64,000 nucleotides of DNA from Panacagrimonas sp. (GTDB lineage Bacteria; Pseudomonadota; Gammaproteobacteria; Nevskiales; Nevskiaceae). The translations under genes were made by a program, and so were the position numbers. The number at the start of each line of letters is the position of its first letter. Position 1 is the first letter of the stretch. A model generated the notes under the pieces. The model did not search any database. It had not been told where the DNA came from and was given only the letters and a program-made list of their open reading frames with translations. Below are positions 21,717 to 35,008 of the stretch, piece after piece. The stretch is from NCBI GenBank assembly GCA_052387695.1, contig JBQTIX010000044.1:54620-118619 (forward strand), given 5' to 3'.

Positions 21717-22913
21717 ATGCCCATCCTGGACAAGAACCGTCCGACCGCCGAGTGGATCGCGCAGCTGCGAACGCGCTTTCCCTGCGAGCGCGAGCTGGAT
21801 CGCGTGCTCACGCGCAAGCTCGAGCGTCGAGCCGGCCCGCCCTACGCGCCGCTGAGCCTGCAGACCTTGCAGACCGGCACCGAGGCGCTGTTGCGCAGCC
21901 AGTTGAAGGACAGCTTCGAGATCACCGAGGCCCGCTGGCTCTCCGGCGGTGCGTCGAAATTGCAGATGGCCTTCGTGCTGCACTGGAACCAGCCCGGCGT
22001 CGGCCGCACCTCGACGCCGCTGGTGCTGCGCATGGAGCCTTCCGAGGCGATCACCGAAACGAGCCGCCTGCGCGAATACCAACTGATCAAGGCGCTGGAG
22101 GGCGTGGTGCCGGTGCCGCCAACCTACTGGATCGATGCCTACGGCGAATTCCTGCCGTATCCGGCCATCGTCTACGGCTTCGCCAAGGGCGTGGCCAAGC
22201 CGACGCGCTCCAGCAGCGGGGTCACCGGCGTGGGCACCTTCATGCCGCCGGACGTGCGCGCAACACTGGGCAAGGACTTCCTCGAACATCTCGCGACCAC
22301 GCACACTTTCGACTGGCGCAAGGCGGATCTATCGTCCTACGACGCGCCTGCGCTGGGCACCCAGGCCGTGGAGCGGCACCTCAACCGCTGGGAGCGCGTG
22401 TGGGAGGAAGATGCCAACGAAGACGTGCCGCTGATGCGCCTGGCAATGGGCTGGCTGCGACGGAACATGCCGCCGGTCGATCACGTCTCGATCGTCCACG
22501 GTGACTATCGTGTCGGCAACTTCCTGTTCACCGAGGACGACAACCGGATCTCCGCGTTGCTCGACTGGGAGCTCGGCTATCTCGGTGATCGCCACGAGGA
22601 TCTGTCGTGGGCGACCAAGACCTTCTTTGGCCACATGGACGAGAGCGGCAAGACCTTCCTCGTCGGCGGTCTCATGCCTCTCGAAGAATTCTTCGCGCGC
22701 TACGAACAGGCCTCGGGTCTGACGGTCGACCGACGGCGGCTTACGTACTACGACATCCTCAACAACTACAAGGGCGTCGCCATCGTGCTCGCCACAGGCT
22801 ACCGCGCGCCGCGCAACGGCAAGACACATCAGGACGTGCTGGTCGGCTGGCTCGCCGGCATCTCCTACAGCCTGCTCGAAGAACTCCGCAACCAACTGGC
22901 AGAGGTGCTGTAG
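21717..22913 (+). CDS. Phosphotransferase-family protein (APH/choline-kinase-like kinase fold)
   Basis: Brenner motif region IVHGDYRVGNFLF and LDWELGYLGDRHEDL (catalytic loop / DxD-like) typical of the APH phosphotransferase family; 398 aa. Confidence 0.85.
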   Translation: MPILDKNRPTAEWIAQLRTRFPCERELDRVLTRKLERRAGPPYAPLSLQTLQTGTEALLRSQLKDSFEITEARWLSGGASKLQMAFVLHWNQPGVGRTSTPLVLRMEPSEAITETSRLREYQLIKALEGVVPVPPTYWIDAYGEFLPYPAIVYGFAKGVAKPTRSSSGVTGVGTFMPPDVRATLGKDFLEHLATTHTFDWRKADLSSYDAPALGTQAVERHLNRWERVWEEDANEDVPLMRLAMGWLRRNMPPVDHVSIVHGDYRVGNFLFTEDDNRISALLDWELGYLGDRHEDLSWATKTFFGHMDESGKTFLVGGLMPLEEFFARYEQASGLTVDRRRLTYYDILNNYKGVAIVLATGYRAPRNGKTHQDVLVGWLAGISYSLLEELRNQLAEVL

Positions 22914-22914
22914 A

Positions 22915-23458
22915 TATGGAACTTCGCGCCACTTTCCAGATCCCCATGCTGATCAAGGCCCTGACCGACGTGGTGCTGCCGGCGGTCGATCCCGACAACA
23001 AGCTCGCGCAGGAGCAGGCGCAGCTCATCATCGGCAGCCTGCATCTCATCGCGCAGCGGATGCCGCTGCAGTACCGCTACGATCGCCACGAGCTCGGCAG
23101 CTTTCTCGAACTTGCGAGACAGCTTGCGCATGGGGCCACCGGCTCGCCGGAAATGGCATCGGCTGCTTCGTCATTGGCATCGAGTGTTGCGACGGGCCGC
23201 GAGGTATTCGCGCGCGTAGGTGCTGAGCCCGGTGAAATCGAAACGGCCAACCTCGCGCTGCGCGAATCCATTGGCCTCGTGGTCCAGGCGGCCGCCACGC
23301 TTCGCGACGAGCCGCGGCGTAAGGCGATCGAGTCCGCGGTCATGGCGCACTCAAAAGAGATGCTGCTCCGCGAGCGCGCCTGGCTCGCGATGCAAGGCTG
23401 GGAAGGCAAGGACCACGCCTTGCCAGCGGTCGAGTCCTTGATCGGCGCCCGCGCTTGA
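22915..23458 (+). CDS. Hypothetical helical protein (181 aa)
   Basis: ATG 2 nt after the stop of the phosphotransferase gene; Ala/Leu-rich. No motif recognised. Confidence 0.5.
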
Positions 23459-23483
23459 ATCGCCACAACCCAGGAGAAACCCG

Positions 23484-24401
23484 TTGAAACAGGATCACGC
23501 GAAATACGAAGGCTTCATCGCCGGCGACGGCAATCCACGCTGGAGCCAGAGCTTCTACTACAACGGCTACGACCCCAAGACCCGTAGCGGCGTGTTCATC
23601 CGTATCGGCCTGCTGGAGAACCAGCGCGAGTCCAATAGCTGGCTGGTCGCCTTCCAGGATGGATCGCCGGTGTTCACGCGCACCAATCTCAACCTGCCGT
23701 ACACCGAGCAGCGCCCGGCAGGAGGGATCGGCATCGCCGGAATGCGCGTGCACGCCGAAGTGCCGCTGAAGAAGACCCGCATCACGTTCGAATCCCAGGA
23801 CTTCTCGCTCGACCTGTGCTGGGACGAACTCCATCCGATGGTGGACTGCATCGCGATGTCGCAGGACAAGGAGGGCTCTTTTGCCAACGAGATCGCCCAT
23901 ATTCATCTCGAAGGTGTGTCCACCGTGACCGGGCATTGGGTCCATCGTGGCCAGCGCACCGACTTCAACGGCAAAGGCTTCCGTGACATCGCCGCCGGTC
24001 CGCGCAACTGGGACGCGCTGAGACACTACCGGCTGGCCTGGCCGGTGTTCGACAACGGCATGGCGCTGGCGGGCATCCACGGCATTTCCACCGGCGGCCA
24101 GTCCGCTTACATGCGCATGTTCCACGACGGCGAGCGCTGGCTGCGCGTCAAGCAGATCGACGATCGCATGACGTTCAGCGAGGACGGCCTGTCGGTGGTC
24201 AGCGCGCAGTGGAGTTTCGTCGATGAAAAAGATCGGAAGTTCGAGTTCACAGCGAGGCCGATGTTCAGCTGGTTGTTCCCGCTCGACACCTTCGTGCTGC
24301 GTGAACAGTTGATGGAGTTCCGCCTGGCTGACGGCACCCTCGGCTACGGTCTGTACGAGACCGGCTATCGCCTGCCCTGGAAGGGAATCGAAAACCCGTG
24401 A
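23484..24401 (+). CDS. Hypothetical protein (305 aa), paralogue of 20699-21667
   Basis: TTG start per track; similar length and shared motifs with 20699-21667. Confidence 0.7.
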   Translation: MKQDHAKYEGFIAGDGNPRWSQSFYYNGYDPKTRSGVFIRIGLLENQRESNSWLVAFQDGSPVFTRTNLNLPYTEQRPAGGIGIAGMRVHAEVPLKKTRITFESQDFSLDLCWDELHPMVDCIAMSQDKEGSFANEIAHIHLEGVSTVTGHWVHRGQRTDFNGKGFRDIAAGPRNWDALRHYRLAWPVFDNGMALAGIHGISTGGQSAYMRMFHDGERWLRVKQIDDRMTFSEDGLSVVSAQWSFVDEKDRKFEFTARPMFSWLFPLDTFVLREQLMEFRLADGTLGYGLYETGYRLPWKGIENP

Positions 24402-24465
24402 CGTCTGAGCTTCGTATCACTGGAGTGAGCGCTACACGAGCGGCCTTGGACGCCATGTAGGCGCC

Positions 24466-25305
24466 TTATGGTTGGCGAAAACGAGTCTCTACTACGCCGT
24501 GGTCTTCGCGAAGGCTTAGCACAACGTCTGCTCGCTCCGGCATCACGCGCAGAGCATGAGTGGTCAGCCGCTCGTAGTGTTTGATGAACCGCTCCAGCTG
24601 AGTTCGAGATTGCAGGCCAAGGGCCGAACGGCCGGCCACTCGCGCCGTGTCTTGCTCCTGCAGCCAACGCCAGCGTCGCACACACTCGAAGTCGGGAACA
24701 CGCAGGAACACCGAGGCGTCCAGCAGCGAGAACCACTCTGCGTACGAAGCCCCGAGATGCTGGTTGACGATGTGGCGCCAGCGACCATCGGCGTCCTCGC
24801 TGGCTTCGAGATCGTTGGCAGGTATGTCCAGTTCGGATTGCGTCTGCGGCGGCACGCCCACGCACCAGCCTTCAAAAAGGACGAGATCGACGGGGCCCTC
24901 GACGGTTGGCCAATCGATTGCCGGCATCCTGTCGTCGTCGGCTTTCGAGAACTCCGGCAGCGCCCGTTTCTCCCCCGGCTGCAGGCTGCGCAGTTTCTGA
25001 AGCGTCTCGATCCCCAGATTTGGGTCGTGAGTGCCCGGCACCCCGCGCGTCGCGAATAGCGGATGGACCTCCATCGCGAGGGTTTGGCGGACCGTGCGAG
25101 GCAGATAGAAATCATCCAGCGAAAGCACGATGGCCCGCAGTCCGTGTTCGGAGGAGAGTTCGGCCTTCAGGAAGACTGCGGCCGTGCTTTTTCCAGATCC
25201 CTGCGCACCGCTTATTCCGAAGATCGGACATCGTTGCTCAGCCTTGCGTCGGACCATCCATACGGCCAACTCGCGATAGGACTCTTGCGTTCGTGAATCC
25301 AGCAT
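24466..25305 (-). CDS. P-loop kinase of the PRK/uridine-kinase-like fold (possibly plant-type D-glycerate 3-kinase family)
   Basis: Walker A GISGAQGSGKST near the N-terminus, 279 aa. Family assignment beyond P-loop kinase is inference. Confidence 0.7.
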   Translation of the reverse strand: MLDSRTQESYRELAVWMVRRKAEQRCPIFGISGAQGSGKSTAAVFLKAELSSEHGLRAIVLSLDDFYLPRTVRQTLAMEVHPLFATRGVPGTHDPNLGIETLQKLRSLQPGEKRALPEFSKADDDRMPAIDWPTVEGPVDLVLFEGWCVGVPPQTQSELDIPANDLEASEDADGRWRHIVNQHLGASYAEWFSLLDASVFLRVPDFECVRRWRWLQEQDTARVAGRSALGLQSRTQLERFIKHYERLTTHALRVMPERADVVLSLREDHGVVETRFRQP

Positions 25306-25356
25306 TTCCCAAGTCTGAACGTTAATCGCGGCGGCGGGAAACGCTGAGGTCTATTC

Positions 25357-25464
25357 CAGGACCGTAGATGCTATGACCCGCGGCGCCTGAGCTAGCCTCA
25401 TCAGTTTCTCAGGCGAAGGAGACGAGCGATGCAGACGACGCGGGTCATAGCATCTACGGTCCTG
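25357..25464. repeat. Perfect 26-bp inverted repeat (CAGGACCGTAGATGCTATGACCCGCG / CGCGGGTCATAGCATCTACGGTCCTG) enclosing a 56-nt loop that itself contains a GCCTGAG/CTCAGGC hairpin
   Basis: Read directly. Right arm ends 1 nt before the stop codon of ORF 25465-25740 (minus strand). Lies in the 5' region of the kinase gene 24466-25305. Confidence 0.6.
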
Positions 25465-25740
25465 TCAGCTCGCGATCTCCAGTCGTTTCTCGATTCGTTC
25501 CGTTCGACTCGACATCCGATCCACTCGCGACGATAAACCAGCGTAGTCCTCATGCAAGCCACTGATGTCCCGATGCATCAGCGACAGTCGCTCCTCGACC
25601 CGCTGCATGCGCAGGGTCATGTCATCGATTCTCTCGACGATCGAATCCACGCGACCCCGGATGTGTCGCAAGTGCTCGAGGACCAAGCTTTCGACCTTCG
25701 TTGCTTCTTCTGCCATAACCCGCTCCATTTTTACCAGCAT
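25465..25740 (-). CDS. Small coiled-coil hypothetical protein (91 aa)
   Basis: Heptad-like, charged sequence (…LRMQRVEERLSLMHRDISGLHEDYAGLSSRVDRMSSRTERIEKRLEIAS). No motif. Confidence 0.4.
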   Translation of the reverse strand: MLVKMERVMAEEATKVESLVLEHLRHIRGRVDSIVERIDDMTLRMQRVEERLSLMHRDISGLHEDYAGLSSRVDRMSSRTERIEKRLEIAS

Positions 25741-25745
25741 AGCTT

Positions 25746-25994
25746 AGCCCGCCTTATTCACGAGGACGCCGGAGAACCCCTTGGCTATTGCCCACCCTTT
25801 CGGCGATCGGAGAGTCCATGCATTCACCCAGCGGCGAGCGGGTTCTCCGGCTGGATCGGCGCTGGCCCGGTTGCGGCGCGCATCGCTCGGTCTTCACTCG
25901 TCCCATAGAACCACTATGGGACTCGCTCCAGACCTTCGCGCTACGCGTCCTCGCCGACGGCTACCGCTTGATCTCCTCATGAATAAGGCGGGCT
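25746..25994. repeat. ~250-bp segment bounded by perfect 15-bp terminal inverted repeats (AGCCCGCCTTATTCA … TGAATAAGGCGGGCT), with an internal CCCATAG-n5-CTATGGG palindrome
   Basis: Read directly. Single copy in this window. MITE-like geometry but no second copy or TSD seen. Confidence 0.4.
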
Positions 25995-26093
25995 CAGAAG
26001 TTGAAGCTCTGCCCATCAACGCCGCCCGCGGTTCTCCCGGCCGATCATCAGCGTCATGATTTCATGCAGGCGCAATGACGAAGACCCGATCCC

Positions 26094-27841
26094 ATGACCG
26101 AATCCGATCCTTCCGTTCCGTCCGATTCCCGCTTCCAGCGCGTCGAGGCGCTGTTCAACGCCGTCTGCGATCTGACGCCGGACCAGGCCGCGCGCTATCT
26201 CGACACGCACTGCCCGGACGCGGGCGAACGCGCCGAAGTGGAGTCGCTCCTGGGCGCGGAGGGGGGCGCCGAACAGCAACTCTCCTCGATCGTCCCCGAC
26301 GCGCTCAATGCCGACGCCGTGCAAGCCGCCGACGCCATGATCGGCCAGACCCTCGGTGCCTGGAGACTGGAGAGCACCCTGGGCCACGGCGGCATGGGCA
26401 CCGTGTACCGGGCCGAGCGTATCGACGGTGAGTACTCGCAGACCGCTGCGCTCAAGCTGATGCGCGACATCGGTCCCTCGCGGGAACTCTCCGCGCGCTT
26501 CATCGCCGAACGGCAGATCCTGGCGCGGCTGGATCATCCGGGCATCGCCCGACTGCTCGACGGGGCGGCACCTGGAACGGCGCGCCCTGGCTGGCGATGG
26601 AGCGCATCGACGGCGAGCCGATCGACACCTGGTGTGCGCGACACGGTCTGCGCGAGCGGCTGAACCTGTTTCGCCAGGTCTGCACCGCGGTCCAGTACGC
26701 TCACCGGAACCTGGTCGTCCATCGGGACCTGAAGCCCTCGAATATCCTGGTCACCGCCGAGGGCCTGCCCAAGCTGCTCGACTTCGGTATTGCCAAGCTG
26801 CTCGACGACGACTCTGCCGACGAGCGCACCCGCACCCAGTTCCGCATGCTCACACCGGAGTACGCCAGTCCGGAACAACTGCTCGGCGAACCCATCACGA
26901 CCGCCAGCGATGTTTATTCTCTCGGCGTCCTGCTGTACCGGCTGCTGACCGGCCTGTCGCCGTACGCCACCACTGCGGACGGCAAGCGCAACCCGGTGGC
27001 GCAGGCGATCACCGAAGGCGAGATCACGAGGCCGAGCCTGGCCGCGCTGCGCAAACAGGCCCAGCCGCCGAGCGCCGCCGACCAGCAACTCGCCCGCAGT
27101 CTGCGTGGCGATCTCGACGCCATCGTGATGCAGGCCCTGCGGCGCCAGCCCGCAGATCGTTACGGCTCGGCCGAAGCGCTCGGCGAGGACTTGCAACGGC
27201 ATCTGGACCTGTTGCCGGTCAGAGCCAGAAGGGAAGGGTCGCGATACCTCATCGCCAAGTTTGCAAGAAGGCGCTGGCGCGCCATCGCCGCGACCGCCGC
27301 AGCGCTCGTCACGCTGATCGCAACGGTCACGTTCTACACCGTGCAGCTCGACCAAAGACGCAGCGAAGCCGAGACCGCACGCAAGGAATCCGATCGCGAA
27401 CGCGCCAACGCCGAGGCCATCTCCAAATTCATGGTGGATCTGATCACCCAGGACAACCCGTACAAGGCCGACTCCAAGGGCAAGACCCTGCGCGAGGTGG
27501 TTGAAGAAGCCGGCAAACGCGCCCGGGAAGAACTCAAGGACCAGCCGCTGGCGGCCGCAAATCTTCTGAAAGCGATTGCCGAATCGCTGTCTGCCAACGG
27601 CGAATTCCATGCGACCGAGCAGTTGAGGCTCGATACCATCGGCTTGTATGACAGCGCCCTCGGCGAGGGTTCGGAGCCCGCCATGGAACTTCGGCTGCAA
27701 CTGATCAGCGATTACGCCAACAGTTCTACCTACTTAATCGTTATTCGGCAGCAAAACCGGACATGGGCCGGAAGGCAGCAAGGAAATGAGGTGGGGGCAG
27801 GCTTGCGAACCCCGGCAGGTTCCCGCGAAAAGCGCTATTGA
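26094..27841 (+). pseudogene. Ser/Thr protein kinase (Hanks-type) interrupted by a 1-bp frameshift in a GGGG run at ~26562-26565. Downstream part has a TM segment and the start of a TPR-like region, then ends abruptly.
   Basis: ORF 26094-26663 carries subdomains I-II (GHGGMGTVYRAE, ALKLM) and ends …[12 protein letters not shown] 26597-27841 (frame +2) continues with [14 protein letters not shown]…, [21 protein letters not shown]. Inserting 1 nt in the G-run restores [23 protein letters not shown]. Confidence 0.7.
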
Positions 27842-28006
27842 CCCGGCCAGCAGATACACCGGACCAAGAGCCTGTCCAAGCGACCCGATCACGTGTGTCT
27901 GAGGGGCCAAGGATTTGCTGGCCACTGATAACGGCGACACGAGGCTCAGCCATGAGCTGCGTCGCAGTCCTATCTGCACATCGATCGAAGCCGAATGAAA
28001 CGGCCA

Positions 28007-29050
28007 TCAGGGCGCGGCGCCCGCGGAGTCCTCGGCGGATTTGGCGGGCTCGGCGATTTGCGGGACGGGCAGCGGCGGAGATGGAATTTCCTCGCGCACC
28101 ACGCGAAACCCGAACGCGTCGCCACTGCCGTCGGCATTGTCCGCGTCGCGATTGGCCGAGCGCAGCGAGCGTGGGTTGTTGCCCCAGCCGCCGCCGCGGT
28201 TGACGCGCTTGCCGCAGTCCGGGCCGGTGACCCAGGCGGAGCCGTCGGTGGGCGCATCGGTATAGTCGCTGTGCCAGCAGTCCTGAACCCATTCCCAGAC
28301 GTTGCCGTGCATGTCGTGCAGGCCCCAGGGATTGGGCGGGAAACTGCCGACCGGAGCGGTGTGGGCGAAGGCGTCGATGCAGAGGACGTTCCAGGTCCAG
28401 TTGGGGTGCTGGCTGAGGCCGGAAAGATCGAGGGTATTGGCGAAGTCGCAGGCTTCTCCGGAGGCATCGCCCCAGCTGTAGCTGCTCACGGTGCCGGCGC
28501 GCGCAGCGTATTCCCACTCCGCTTCGCTGGGCAGCCGGTAGGTCTGCCCGGTCCTGCGGCTGAGCCAGGCGACATATTGCTGGGCGTCGATCCAGTCGAC
28601 GTTGATCACCGGGCGAAAGCCGCGGCCCCAGCCCTCGTCGTCCGGCCGTTTCTGGCAGCCCCCGTCGTCGTGACAGGTGTCCCATTCGAAGAAGGTGGTC
28701 TCGTGACGGCCGATGGAAAACGACGCGATGCTCACCTCGCGAACCGGCTGTTCGTAGGCGTGCCCGACTCCTCCGGTCTCGCCCATGAGGAATGTGCCAC
28801 TGGGCAGCCGGATCATCTCGGGGGTTTCGCTACAGTCGCGGAACGGGGTGAACGGCTGCGGGCTGAGGGCTTGTTCCAGGCGTTCGCAGGTTTTCGGTGC
28901 GGGCGGGGTTGCAGCCCTGGCCACCGGCCTCTTTGTGGCGGGCCGGGCTTTCTTTACCGGAGCAGGAACGGGTGCCGCCGGCTCCTGCGCGTACGCCGCG
29001 GTGCTTGCAACGGCCATGAGCATGGCGAGTCCGGCCCTCCAGCGAATCAT
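28007..29050 (-). CDS. Secreted formylglycine-generating-enzyme (FGE)-sulfatase-domain protein (SUMF1/DUF323 family)
   Basis: Signal peptide, Pro/Ala-rich linker, then FGE-domain motifs (RLPSEAEWEYAARAG, GLHDMHGNVWEWVQD, RGGGW). Confidence 0.85.
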   Translation of the reverse strand: MIRWRAGLAMLMAVASTAAYAQEPAAPVPAPVKKARPATKRPVARAATPPAPKTCERLEQALSPQPFTPFRDCSETPEMIRLPSGTFLMGETGGVGHAYEQPVREVSIASFSIGRHETTFFEWDTCHDDGGCQKRPDDEGWGRGFRPVINVDWIDAQQYVAWLSRRTGQTYRLPSEAEWEYAARAGTVSSYSWGDASGEACDFANTLDLSGLSQHPNWTWNVLCIDAFAHTAPVGSFPPNPWGLHDMHGNVWEWVQDCWHSDYTDAPTDGSAWVTGPDCGKRVNRGGGWGNNPRSLRSANRDADNADGSGDAFGFRVVREEIPSPPLPVPQIAEPAKSAEDSAGAAP

Positions 29051-29280
29051 CGAAATCTATCCTCCATCACGATCTGCATCATATCGGCACGAGATTTGGC
29101 CGGAAGCCGGGCTTTCACTCAGGGCGCCGGCCTCGATCCACCGCCCCCACCCGGTACGCGCCCCGCGCATCGATCACGCGGCGGGTGAGGAACCGCGGCT
29201 CCATCGTCTTTCCGGCCATGCCGGACGCAACATGGAAGGCTTGGCTAGACTTCACCGGACTTCGCCTCGTTCATTCCCGC

Positions 29281-29940
29281 ATGACCGCCACCCCCACCGC
29301 GCTCCTGGCCGGCCATACCGGCCTTGTCGGCCGCCAGCTTCTGACGCAACTGCTGCGTGAAGGCCACTACGGCCGGGTGCTCACCGTCGGGCGCCGTCTT
29401 CCGGACCATACGCATCCGCGCCTGCAATCGATTAAGACCGAGTTGGGCGAGCTGTCCGGACGGGGCACCGCGCTTGCCGCCGATGACGTGTACTGCTGCC
29501 TGGGGACCACGATGCGGGCCGCGGGTTCCCGGGCCGCATTCGAGCGCGTGGATTACCACATGGTGGTGGACCTCGCGCGCGCCACCCGCGCGGCCGGCGC
29601 AAAGCGCTTCTTCATGGTTTCCTCGCTGTCGGCCAGTGCGCGTTCACCGGTGTTCTACAGCCGCGTCAAGGGCCGCGCCGAACAGGCGGTATCCGAGATC
29701 GGATTCGAGACCCTGCACATTCTGCGGCCGTCGCTGCTGCTGGGGCAGCGTACCGAGCGAAGGATCGGCGAGGCGATCGCGCAGAGCATGGCGCCGCTCG
29801 CGAACCGGTTGCTGATGGGCAGGCTGGCGATGTATCGCGCCGTTCGGGGTGAAGACGTGGCGACGGCGATGGTGCAGCTTTCTGCACGCGAGGCCTTGCG
29901 CGGCACGCATGTGTGGACCTTGCCGCTGCCCTCGCCCTGA
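29281..29940 (+). CDS. NAD(P)H-binding Rossmann protein (atypical SDR, HTATIP2/YraR-like)
   Basis: MTATPTALLAGHTGLVGRQLL… (GxTGxxG Rossmann motif), 219 aa. Confidence 0.7.
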   Translation: MTATPTALLAGHTGLVGRQLLTQLLREGHYGRVLTVGRRLPDHTHPRLQSIKTELGELSGRGTALAADDVYCCLGTTMRAAGSRAAFERVDYHMVVDLARATRAAGAKRFFMVSSLSASARSPVFYSRVKGRAEQAVSEIGFETLHILRPSLLLGQRTERRIGEAIAQSMAPLANRLLMGRLAMYRAVRGEDVATAMVQLSAREALRGTHVWTLPLPSP

Positions 29941-29949
29941 GCTTTCACC

Positions 29950-30756
29950 ATGTCGATCGGCCTGCTGCTCAACGGTGATGTCGCCAGCTATTTTCGCGAG
30001 AACGCCGATGTGCCGGGCGTCTTGTGGGTGTTCCAGCACATCCCCAAGACCGCGGGCAGTTCGTTCCGCACCGAGATCGCGCGCAGGCTGCGGCCGCAGG
30101 CCAACGTCGCGGTCAACGGCATGGGCGGACGTCATTTCTCGTCGGTCCAGGAGGCGCTGGACACGTTTCTCGACGAGCTTCCCCGGCGCAAATTCCGTTT
30201 CGCATCGGGGCACCTGAATCGCCGGCAGATCGCCTCGATAGAGACGTGCGGCCGGCCTGTGCGGCTGGCCACCATGCTGCGCAAGCCGGTCGACCGCGTG
30301 ATTTCCGATTTTCGGTATCAGCGCACACCCAAGCATGCCGGGCACCAGAAGTTCATCGCGCAATTCCCGGACTTCGAGTCCTACCTGGAATCACGCAGTT
30401 CGCAGAATCGCATGTTCGAATACCTCAGGACGGGCAGTGCTTCCAGTGCGGACAGCGTGATCGCAGACCTGGAGGCGAACTACACCTTCGTCGGCCTCAC
30501 CGAGATGTATCCGCTGGCGCGGCATCTGCTGTTCACGCTCCTCGGCATCGAGCAGACGCCCGCTCCCGAGTCGCGCAACCGCACCCAGGCCAGCTCCGAC
30601 AACGAGATTCCCAACCTCGATACGCTGCGCGAGCGGATCTCCCGACTCAACGCCGATGACGAGGCGATCTACAGCCATTTCCTGGGCCGGTATCGGGAGA
30701 ATCGCGAAGCGATCGTGCAGTTTCTGCGTGATCGGCGTCGGCGGTCCGGGGATTGA
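29950..30756 (+). CDS. Sulfotransferase-family protein
   Basis: 5'-PSB-like motif VFQHIPKTAGSS near the N-terminus, ~268 aa; 9-nt gap from the upstream gene (operon). Confidence 0.65.
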   Translation: MSIGLLLNGDVASYFRENADVPGVLWVFQHIPKTAGSSFRTEIARRLRPQANVAVNGMGGRHFSSVQEALDTFLDELPRRKFRFASGHLNRRQIASIETCGRPVRLATMLRKPVDRVISDFRYQRTPKHAGHQKFIAQFPDFESYLESRSSQNRMFEYLRTGSASSADSVIADLEANYTFVGLTEMYPLARHLLFTLLGIEQTPAPESRNRTQASSDNEIPNLDTLRERISRLNADDEAIYSHFLGRYRENREAIVQFLRDRRRRSGD

Positions 30757-30893
30757 AGGAACGCCTTTTCGTTCGGCGTCTGTCGCAGGGCAATTGACGC
30801 GGTGCGTAGCCCGGCACGGACCTGGCGTCCTGCTTTCAAGTCGTTGATATCCGCTTATCCGCATAAGAGGATAAGGGGATTACAATAACCCCC

Positions 30894-34784
<3,891 letters not shown>

Positions 34785-35008
34785 TTCTGGATCGCGCCGG
34801 AGATCATGACGATCTCCGTACCTGCGCGGCATGCCCGTCGTTGCCGGCCGGAGGATCGATCACCTTGCGGCAAGCATCGCCCCGGCGCGGGGTATCCAGC
34901 CGCTGACACTCGGAACAGGCATCGCTGGACTATCCTGAATGCAAGGCTGGGGCCGCATGTGAAAATGGATGCGCCCCGGGGTCACGTTGTCTTGCACCAC
35001 CGCCGGGA

